From Bilabrum cf. latius (taxonomy: Eukaryota): a stretch of DNA of 64,000 nucleotides. Shown here piece after piece: positions 49,536 to 59,145 of this stretch. Where the stretch lies: positions 1,116,001-1,180,000 of the forward strand of contig OZ237736.1 of assembly GCA_965178125.1 (NCBI GenBank), read 5' to 3'. How positions within the stretch are numbered: the first letter of the stretch is position 1; each line of letters opens with the position of its first letter. A model generated the notes under the pieces. The model saw nothing but the letters and a program-made list of their open reading frames with translations. It had not been told where the DNA came from and made no database searches. Position numbers and translations under genes: made by a program.

Positions 49536-49755
49536 GTCCCCGAGCCATGGGCGCGCCAGACTGTTCGTAGAGAAAGTTGTGATGAGTGCAGTGATGCGCG
49601 TATGATGGATGCGATCAATCACAGATTGTGTCGAGAATTGGCACCGTTTCACAAGATAATCTCTATCTACCTGTCATCGGTGCGCTGTTTATTCATTAAA
49701 TAGCCCTGGAACTCTGCTCGCGTAACTTTGCGGCAGACCGGCCGGCTGACGTGGC

Positions 49756-51429
49756 ATGCACGCATCTCACTAGTTGTCCTTTGATTCTGATACCTTCCCG
49801 GCATGCTGGGCTATAGCGAGGTTTCTGACTGTTCCAGAAGTGATGTAGCTATCCTCAGCGTCGTCAAAGTTCCGCAAAGTGGTCACAAACGGACTGCATG
49901 ACTACTGGCGGGACAGAACCCAGGCAAGGTTTCATCCTCACGTTGGGCCGAGGATTCTGAAGTCCCCAGACACAGACTGGGTGTCTAGGTTTATCTCAAT
50001 GCACAAGGAGAACTTAATGCCTCGGGGACGCTACACGGCGAGGCACAATCCAATCATGGGAGCGGCACTTGTGCGCCGGCGAGAGTTTGGGCTTGCAGCC
50101 AGGCTGTGGCTAACCGTCGTCAGCAGAGAGAATAGTCGCTTGATTCACAAGTCATCACCATTAGACGTAGACAGGGGAGCGGTGGCGGCTGAAGCGGCGG
50201 CGCCTACACCTGATACCGAGCGCAATCTTGCTGCTGTCACAGCTTCAGGTCCGCCACCCGTCTCGGCCCCTGGCATAGGGGCTCCTACTTCAGTCGACTG
50301 GTCTGGGCTCGACACGGAAGATGGTTTGTTCAGACATCCTGCGGGGTGTTTGTGCTGCGGCGGTGGGATGATCACCCGTCGCGCGTTCGGTGTACCGCTT
50401 GCAGGCACGGCAACGGCAGGCACTCGTGCCCAGATCGACCCAGCGAATCTGTTTGGTGCCTCAGCCAGCTCACGTGGTGACGGTGCTACGCGCTCTAGGG
50501 GTGTCGGTACAGGCAGTCGAGCCACATCGGAAAGGGTGGACGCTGGTGCTGGCGCTGGCACCGCTGCCGGAATGGGATTGTCCGACTCTTTGGATCTTGA
50601 AGCCGGCGAGGCTGCAGCGGGCACCGCTGCGACCCGCGCCCCAGCGCCTACCGGGACAATCTTACCCGGTTCCTTGGCTAATGAAGGGTACACACCTCAG
50701 GATGACGGCGCTGCTGACCCTGGTGCATCTGCTGGTGGAGCCTCTGCCTCTGGCAGAGAAACTTCCGCTGACGTGCCGGCCTCGACAGTCGCAGGATCGA
50801 GCACAGAGAGCAGAGGAGGCGCTGACGGTGTGTCGGCTGAAAGGACACCAGCTGCTACTGGTCCAGATGTTATCGATGCCAGTGCAGGGACAGGGGCAGG
50901 GACAGGGGCAGGGACAGGGGCAGGGACAGGGGCAGGGACAGGGACAGGGGTAGGGGCAGGGGCAGGTGCCAGTGCAGGGACAGGAGCCAGGGCAGGGCGT
51001 CGTGATACCGCCGAGCACTGGCTGGAGGTGCGCGTAGTGGTGCAGAATCCTGGTGGTTGCCACGACCTCCTAATATCTGCGGTGAATGCAAGGGCAGAGC
51101 TGGCGAATGGAGAGGTGAGGCCCATGGTGCCGGTGCGCATGGCGCCAATCGTCGCGGTCAATGGCTAGGCCTGCGACGAGCCGCGGGTCTCGTGCGTCCT
51201 GCGGCCCTACGAGTTCTGCGTGGTGCAGCTATGCATCCCATTTAAGGCAAGTGAGGCCACCAGGGAACCATTTGCGCTAGAGCTGGTGAAATCTGTAACC
51301 CTATACGGTGCGCGTGCGGACGGCATCGGTCGCGGCCTGACTTTGCGTGTGGAGGGGATCGGCGCCGGGGTGTGGAAGCACTACATGTTCATGCCTGGCG
51401 GGTTCATCGGATTTAAGCCGAGCATGTGA
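49756..51429 (+). CDS. Hypothetical protein with N-terminal F-box-like motif and Gly/Ala/Thr repeat, 557 aa
   Basis: ATG 49756 to TGA 51427-51429 via three TAGs. IARFLTVPEVM*LSSASSKFRKVV...DYWR resembles an F-box. Confidence 0.55.
50884..50943 (+). repeat. 12-bp tandem repeat (GCAGGGACAGGG)5 encoding (AGTG)n; degenerate copies extend to ~50997
   Basis: Directly visible in the sequence. Confidence 0.9.
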
Positions 51430-51675
51430 TGTCGGCACAGGGACCATCTTATGTATTGGCGAGTGGCCTGCACAATCTCATTTGCACCTGCACCGCTGTA
51501 GCACACCTGGACGTAAGTAGAACAGCGTGTTTCGTCTTGGGTCCCACCGTCCGCGGCAATGGTTGCGGCAAAACAAGGCTAGGCGATACATGAAGGAGTA
51601 TCTTTGATTGCAAAGGTTGTATAGCTCGACAAGCAAATGAACCGGGGCGGCTTGAAGCGGCCCCGCTCGATCACC

Positions 51676-52647
51676 TCACTTGGCCTCGGCCGCCGCCTCG
51701 AGCTGCGCCATCACGTCATCGTCTGCCGCGTTGTCGTCCAGCGTCAGGCTGCTGAGCGTACCGCTGGCCTTGAATGCCTCGATGAGGGCAGTGGCGCCCT
51801 CGTTGCCGATGCCGCAGCCGGTCAGGTCCAGGCTCTCGATAGTGGAGTTCTCACCCAGCATGGCAGCGAGCGCCAGCGCCCCCTCGTCCCCGCAGTCGCC
51901 GTTTCCTGACAAGTCCAGCTCTACGACTGCCTTGTTGGCCTTGAGGGCCTCTGCCACCTTGCCCATGGCCTCGGAGCCCATGCCGCAGTCGGCCAGGCTC
52001 AGCTCGTAGCAGCCTGTGTTCCCCGCCAGCCCAGCCTCGGCGAAGGCCCCCGCAGCCTCGGCCCCGATGTTGTTGAGCCGCAGCATCTCGATCACCTCGC
52101 TGGCGGCGAAGGCCTCCCCGAAGGCGGTCATTCCCTCCGTCCCGAATTCGTTGTCGCCCAGCACTACGGCCCCACACATCTTGTTGGAGGAAAACATGTC
52201 CGCCAGAGCTGCGAGGCCCTCGTCACCGATCCCGTTCCCGGGCAGGTTGAGTCGCCCCACCAGCTCGTTGTCCTTAAGCGCGCCGGCGATGGCAGAGGCC
52301 CCCTCGTCCCCCAGCCCACACTCGCCGGCCACGACATTTTCCAGGCAGTCGTTTTTTTCGATGAGACCCGCGATGGCGGCCCCTCCTTCCGGTCCCACAT
52401 CGTTGCCAGACACGTCGAACATCCGAAGCTCCGACGCGGCAGAGAGAGCCTCGCACAGCGCGGACAAGCCGTCGGCTGTCATGCCGCAACGCATGGCGAA
52501 GAGACTCATAACATTGTCCGGAGCTCCCTTGATCATCTCGGCCAGTTCCTTGGCGCCTTCATCTCCGATCTCTTGGTCAGAAACGTCGAGGTAGCCGGGC
52601 TGCTCCTGCTCAAAGACCTCTTTTGCTGCTGCTCTCCAGTCTCCTGA
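51676..52647 (-). CDS. Acidic ribonuclease-inhibitor-type leucine-rich repeat protein; last exon only, first exon unresolved
   Basis: 28-residue LxLxxNxIGDEGA repeats. Acceptor-like TTTCGCAG immediately upstream of 52647. TGA stop, no internal TAG. Confidence 0.8.
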   Translation of the reverse strand, partial: SGDWRAAAKEVFEQEQPGYLDVSDQEIGDEGAKELAEMIKGAPDNVMSLFAMRCGMTADGLSALCEALSAASELRMFDVSGNDVGPEGGAAIAGLIEKNDCLENVVAGECGLGDEGASAIAGALKDNELVGRLNLPGNGIGDEGLAALADMFSSNKMCGAVVLGDNEFGTEGMTAFGEAFAASEVIEMLRLNNIGAEAAGAFAEAGLAGNTGCYELSLADCGMGSEAMGKVAEALKANKAVVELDLSGNGDCGDEGALALAAMLGENSTIESLDLTGCGIGNEGATALIEAFKASGTLSSLTLDDNAADDDVMAQLEAAAEAK

Positions 52648-53339
52648 CTGCGAAAGGAAACCCAACGGTGAAACTAGACGCGTAGTTAAATGATCATCTT
52701 GCACATGTTAAACCAGCTATGGACTGTTCACGCATTATTTTAAGCATTTGAGGTCAGAATCGCAGGTTCTACGCGTCGAGAACGAGCGAACCAGCCGTCT
52801 ACCCCAACAGAATTTCGGCTTGGTTGGTCCTTCCTGACGGATCCAACGCGACAGCGTATCGAATTTTGCAGTATTTTCATGGATGTGTCATACTTGCTAT
52901 CGCCAACCGGTGGAGGAGCGGTATCTTGGCGAGCAGAAGGCAGGCGACAGAATTCCGCAGCAGCCTAGGCTAGGGCATGAATGGAGGGGCCATCGGGTGC
53001 ATGGAACTCAACCCACTGTCAACAAGGAATCAATTGGTTTGCCTCACTTCGGCCATAATTTTAGTTTGATGTGCGGCTTGTAAAGTGATGAAGAGTCAAT
53101 GAGATCCGTTCCGGTTCACTGGAGGCATTTTCTTTACCGGTCCTCGATCGGAGCACAGACTCGCAAATGGCCGCGCAGTTCTACCGTGGTCGCCGGCTGC
53201 AAGTGGTACGAAACAGGTTCATCCGTTCCATGTGCCACTGCATTGCGTCCATTCTTTTTGGTTCAGCTCACCTCTTTGCTGGATATCCATCGAACACCAC
53301 AGCGAGCGCTACCAGCTAGCCGCCAGAAATTCGCCTTTC

Positions 53340-55730
53340 TTACCCATCCTCGTCACCTCCTGCACCACCAAGGGAGCCTTCTACCAAGCCGGCATCAGGT
53401 CGGGCAGGCGAGCGTTCGATTGCCTCTGCAGGCTGGCCCGCACCGTCACTCGGTGGCTCAAGGGCGAAGGGCAGCACGCCGTCGGTGGCCTCGAACAGAA
53501 TACCGCGGCCGGCGGCATGCGCGTCGGGCCGGCCAGTCCGCGCGATGAAGTTGCCCTGCTTCTCAGCGAGCTGCTCACAAAGCAAGAATGGTGTCCACGC
53601 GGTCTCGCCTTCTGGAAGCTCCAGGCCATACAACGTCTCGAGGGGAAGACGCTCAGCGAGGTATCGCACTGCAGTGTAGGGCTCCCGAACCTGCGCGAGC
53701 GGGACGATCCCCGACACTTCCTGCAGTGCCCTCTCCGTCTCCATCTGCACCTTGACGGCCTCGGATGGAGGCGGCGGCACTCGGACAGGCACAGCACCGC
53801 TCGCACTGTCCTTTGCACCGGCACCTGCCCCAGAGGCAGGAGCCCCCCTTCCTCCTTTTTCTGGGGCCTTTGCAGACGAATGTATTGCACTAATACTCCG
53901 TGATGATTGATCGATACTCGTGGCGTCATCATCCTCTTCCGGGCCCGCTTGGGTCCCGGCAGGGGCTGCTCCAGGCTTGCTCGCCTCCGCCACATCCACA
54001 CGTGTCGCAGCTGTCGCAGCTGCGTCAGCACCGCAGGCAGCCTCCTTAGGGGCAGCGCCCGATTCGCTGACAACGATGGCATCGCTATCGCTATATGCGT
54101 GGGGGAAGAGCATGCCCGGACAGTCGAGGATCTTGAGGCCATCCACCAGCTCGATCGTCTGGGCTCGTTTCGTGTGGCCAGCCGTGCGAGAGACAGACAC
54201 TCGCTTGGCGCCCGCGAGCGTGTTCACGATGCTGCTCTTGCCCTGATTTGGTTCTCCAATCATGCCTAACACAACGGTGTCGGCTGCCGGTATCCCATGC
54301 GACGTTCTACCGCTGGCTGCCGCATCACTGCATGCACCAGCGCCCGAGGCCTCCCCTGATGGGCCTGGAGCATCCCCTGATGCACCAGGGTCAGCACCGG
54401 CCTCCCGCTCATCTTCATCGGAATCAGAGCACGTCCCCTAAGACTGCCCCCTGTCTCTCTCGCTGGGCCCCCCACCTTTCGTCTTCCCTTTCCTCTTTCC
54501 CTTTCCCTTGCGCCTTCTGCCCTTGCCTTTGCGACGGCGCCTGCCCCCATTATCGCTTGAATCGCTGTCAAAAACCGGCAGAGATGACCTGACACCACTG
54601 TCCGCAGTATTTGCAATCTCTGCAGCCGCAGAGGAGGGAAGTGGCGAGGTGGAGTGGCCCACGCCAGGTAGGTCAAAGGCGCCAGCTTCCGGATCCAGAT
54701 GGCCGTCCAGAGCCCGTTGCAGATCCCTGGCTTCCTAGACGGCATGCTTGCCATACTTTTCCATAAGCATGGCTCGCTTAGCAGAAGTTCCACTCGCCCT
54801 GGAGCCCGCAGCGCCCCGCCCGCCTCCGCGAGCACTCATGACGAGCTGCTCGGCCGCCTCGAGCACTTGCTCGCTGCTCACCTCGGCGGCTTGCAGGAGC
54901 TCCTTGCAACAGTTCCAGCGCGCGGCCAAGTGAAATTCAGAATACGATTTCCTGGCATCGTCAATGTGTCGCCTGCGCGCTGCGAGGCCGGCCTTTTCAG
55001 AAACCCTCTTGCCTGCAGAGCTGAATTGGACCACCCCGCTGGCCTTGGGATACCGGAGTTGCATGTACCGAGACCATCTTGCGGCTAGACACTCTGAAAT
55101 GAGGTCTACCTTTGTCAAGACTATCACGAACGGCTTGCGAAGCGTCTCTGTGACGTATTCGTACAATCTTTCGGAGATGTGCAAATGAGGATGCCTGCAG
55201 TCCACGACCATGCAGATGGCGGTGCTGTGCTCCAGGACGTGGCGCAGCTGAGACCACACCTACGGATTGTGCTCGAACGCGTTGAGCTGCTCCGGGCGAT
55301 ACCTTGAGTACACCCTGTCGATGTATGTTTTGAACACGTCAGCACCGTCTTCAGCTAGCCCCAGCGCCGACTTCGCCATGCCGCCGGACACACGCGCGGT
55401 AGCAGGCATGTCTAACTCGGTTGATGAAAAAGCTTCGAATCGATGCGATTCTATTCTTGGCCCTCTGTAGATGGGCAGGTTGGCCCGCCTCTTTCTTAGA
55501 GCGACCGCCTCGTCTGATTCTCGGACTACCACAGTCGACCAGCGATTTTCGACCCCCGATTTGCCCAAGCTTGTTCTTAATGCTACATCCTGTCCTCCGA
55601 GGGATGCATGCGGCAGTTTCCGTCCGTCATGTTGCGGATCGTCCGACGCCGCCGCCTTCCTAGCTCGTTTCTGCTTCAAATACTCCTTTTTGGCCTTCCC
55701 AGAGAATGGTTTCCGCCTTGTCTGAGGCAT
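53340..55730 (-). CDS. GNL1: GNL1 (HSR1/MMR1-type circularly permuted GTPase), 796 aa
   Basis: N-terminal RRKPFSGKAKK; FEHNP*VWSQLRHVLE; G4 TKVD; G1 GEPNQGKSS; G2 GHTK; G3 DCPG; GRPDAHAAG. TAA stop at 53340-53342. Confidence 0.88.
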
Positions 55731-55874
55731 CTCAGTGTGTGCGGAGAATTTTGTTCCCCCGTTTTGTAGTTTCAATGTTTCTCAATGTGCGTGGATCGGC
55801 ACCGCAATCGTCACCAGCGCCCTGCTGCAACTCCAGCCACCCGCTGCCAAAGTCCGGCTCTACCCGGTGCATCA

Positions 55875-57656
55875 ATGCTGCGTAGATTTTTGTTACGGTC
55901 ACGGTCTCATCTACATAGCTTTGCCTTGTTCGTTCGGGACAGAGTAGCTGTTGTTGGTGCCTCTGTAGCCGTCATCGCAGCCGTTGGAGGCGGATCCCAG
56001 CTATCTTGCGCAGCAAAGCCGGGACGATTCGACGCACCGCCGAGCGCTCTCGAATTAGACACAAAGAAATCATCCGTAGGCGGCTCGCATGGTCTCGATG
56101 GGGAGAGCTCTTCGTAGAAGTTGAAAGGTACGGGAAAGGAGGGCACGGCCCCAAGTGGCGATGAAATGCGCGCAGCTCTGGATATGGAGCGATTTAGGAC
56201 CGAAGGCCACAAGGTAGTTGATTTTATCGCCGACTACTACAAGAATGTGCACAAAATGCCTGTAAAAAGCCAGGTCAAGCCTGGCTACCTCGCTCCAATG
56301 CTGCCGACCGGCCCCCCGGAGGAAGGGGAGCCGCTCGACAGAGTGCTGTCAGACGTTGAGAACTTGATTATGCCGGGAGTGACACATTGGCAGTCGCCGC
56401 GTTTCATGGCGTATTTCCCTGCAGGATCCAGCTGGCCGGGCCTGATCGGCGAGATGCTCTCAGGGATGTTTAACGTCATCGGCTTCAGCTGGGTGGCGTC
56501 GCCGGCGGCTTCGGAGCTCGAGACGATCATGCTTGACTGGCTTGGGGAACTTCTCGCCCTTCCGAAAGACTTTCATTCCAGCGGAACCGGGGGCGGCGTC
56601 ATCCAGGGCACCGCCTCGGAGGCGACGCTTGTGGCCCTGCTGGCTGCGAGGGCGCGCGCGCTGGAGCAAATGACCGGCGCCGCAGAAGAAGGCGAGAAAG
56701 GCGACATTTTTGACAGAGCAAACTCGAAGTTTGTCGTGTACACGTCGGAGCAGGCCCACAGCTCGGTGCAGAAGGCAGCCATGATCGCAGGCATCCCGCT
56801 CTCCCGGTTTCGCAAGATTAAGACCTCGGGGCCCAAGTACGAGGTCACCCCGGAGGCACTTGACGCAGCCATGGCTGAGGACCGTGCCAAGGGACTGGTG
56901 CCGATCTTCTTCTGCGCCACCATTGGCACCACGGGGGTGGGTGCCTTCGACCCCCTGGGGCCACTCGGGGACGTGTGCGAGAGACATGGAGCGTGGATGC
57001 ATGCCGACATGGCGTGGGCCGGGAGTGCCTGCATCTGTCCCGAGTACAGGCACCTGCTGGACGGCATCGAGAAGTGCGACTCGCTCGATTTCAACCCGCA
57101 CAAGTGGTTGCTCACCAACTTTGACTGCAGCGCCATGTGGATCAAGGACCGCAAATGGCTCAGGCAGGCCCTCTCCCTCACCCCAGAGTACCTAAGGTCA
57201 AAGGAATACGACACCGGCCTGGTGTAGGACTATCGCGACTGGCAGGTCCCGCTCGGCAGGAGGTTTCGGTCCCTCAAGCTCTGGCTGGTGATGCGCACGC
57301 TTGGGGCGAAAACCCTGCGGTCGTTCATACGAGAGCACTGTCGCCTAGCGTAGTCGTTTGCCGACAAGGTCGAGAGCAGTCCCGAGTTTGAGCTGGTTAC
57401 GCCCGTGTCCCTGAGCTTGGTGTGCTTCCGGCTGGCGGGCGTGCCAGACACCGTCTCGCAGCGTGCCATGGAGATTGTAAACGAGTCCGGGCAGACTTTC
57501 CTGGTCAACACCAAGCTGGACGGGAGGTTTGTCATCCGTCTGGCGGTGGGGAACGCGCAGACCACAGACGCAGACATTGAGCGCTGCTTCCGGCTGCTGG
57601 AGGAAGCCGCCGAGGTGGCAAAGGCAGAGCACGCCGCCGCCGGCAATCAGGGTTGA
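55875..57656 (+). CDS. DDC: Aromatic-L-amino-acid decarboxylase (group II PLP enzyme) with N-terminal presequence, ~593 aa
   Basis: [43 protein letters not shown]-lysine [28 protein letters not shown] stop; start codon inferred. Confidence 0.92.
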
Positions 57657-57863
57657 TTGCGTGCCAGCGGGTCAGCGGGTGCCATTGTTGAGCATTTGTG
57701 CGCCTGTTTAGGGCTTGTCCATGGCTCCAAGGGGCCTGGCAACCAAAGACGGACGTTGGTCGAACGGAACCGGCGGAACACTGCCGCGGCCGGCCCGGGA
57801 TGTGACGACGGCGATGCGCACTGTGAACATTTTGTCCCCTAAAATCAAGGTTGTATCGCTACA

Positions 57864-59033
57864 ATGGCATCAGTTGCGGAAGAATCGAGCAGGTCATTTA
57901 GCTATCCCTCTGAAAGGATGGTGGGTCTTTCTGAAAAAGGCGATGTTTGGGCAGTCAAGGGACTATTTCATTTAGGTGCTGGTCAAAAGGAAGGGCTAAC
58001 GTACGCTGGTTTACGCGAGCGAATGCTTGGTGCACTGGACAAAAATCCATGGGTGCTTGATAAAGATGATCCCAAGCAGGAATCATCGGACGAACAGCTC
58101 GCCGAAGAGTAGGCGAAAGCTGACCTATTGCGTGCAGGCGACGAGCCTTTCCCTCTGGATACCACCATGACGATCGTCAAGCATCCGAATAAAGCCAAAG
58201 AAGATGCCACATGTGTAATAATCAGTCCAGTTCCATGGACGTCTGACTTGGAGGTCGAAATATTGGAGAAGGCTGGGAGTGTGGACGCCGTAGTCTGTCC
58301 CAATTTGCAGCACTGGTTGTATGCCCTGCAGTGGGCGCGGCGATTCCCTGCTGCATCTGTTTGGGTTGCCCCAAGCGCGCACGGCGAAGATGTCGCTGCT
58401 AAGCTGCGCATGGCTGCGGCTGAAATCGCACCGGAAGGCAAAGCGGACTAGGTCCTGGCAACGGATGCAGTGCAGGTTCTGTCGACCGACAGCGAGGCTG
58501 GTTCCGGCTCCCGCGTGTCTCCGAACCTCAAACACCGATTGCTAGACGGCGCCAGCTTGGCCATGAACGAAATCGTATTCCTTCATGAGGCATCTGGCAC
58601 GCTCATCGCATCCGACGGCGCGTACACAGGGTACTCGGCCGACGCCCCTGCGGATCAGCAGCCACAGTGGTTTGGCCGATTGTGGTTCAAGCTTACGAAA
58701 CCATCAGGATCGTTCCGCAAGCCAGAAATGCCAATTTACCGCACGATGCGCGTGCAATCGCACGGCGACCCTCTTGCTCTGCGGGACAGCGTGCTGAGCA
58801 TATGCGAAGCTTGGGAGTTTACCCAGATTGTATGCGCCCATGGGACCGTACCCCACACCGGCTGCAAGGAAATCGGGGATGCGAAGGCTGTCTTCAAGCA
58901 TCTGTGGTATAGCGGCTGCGGTCTGGACAAACTGGATGGGGTGGGCAATGCTGAAGCGGCTTCTGAATCTGGGCCTGATATTGGCTTGGCAGAAGGTCGA
59001 GCAGCCGCGGGTGGTGCAGGCGACGAGAGCTGA
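57864..59033 (+). CDS. DUF4336 family protein (metallo-beta-lactamase-like fold), 389 aa
   Basis: TMTIVK, IISPV, VCPNLQHW...WARRFP, EIVFLHEASGTLIASD, WEFTQIVCAHG. Two internal TAGs; TGA stop. Confidence 0.75.
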
Positions 59034-59145
59034 AGGGCTGTATAGGAGCACATTGCGTGAATCAGCAGATGTACTGCATCCAGGATAGCACGTGTTCGAG
59101 CCAAACGCAAAATCGCTTTGATTGCTTGTATGCTCGTTAACTTAC

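Noticed and set aside
50884-50997. CRISPR-like or telomeric repeat
   Set aside because: A spacer-less 12-mer coding repeat inside an ORF.
52648-53339. Extra gene between the LRR gene and GNL1
   Set aside because: Only short motif-less ORFs; consistent with the LRR first exon/intron, promoter and GNL1 3' UTR.
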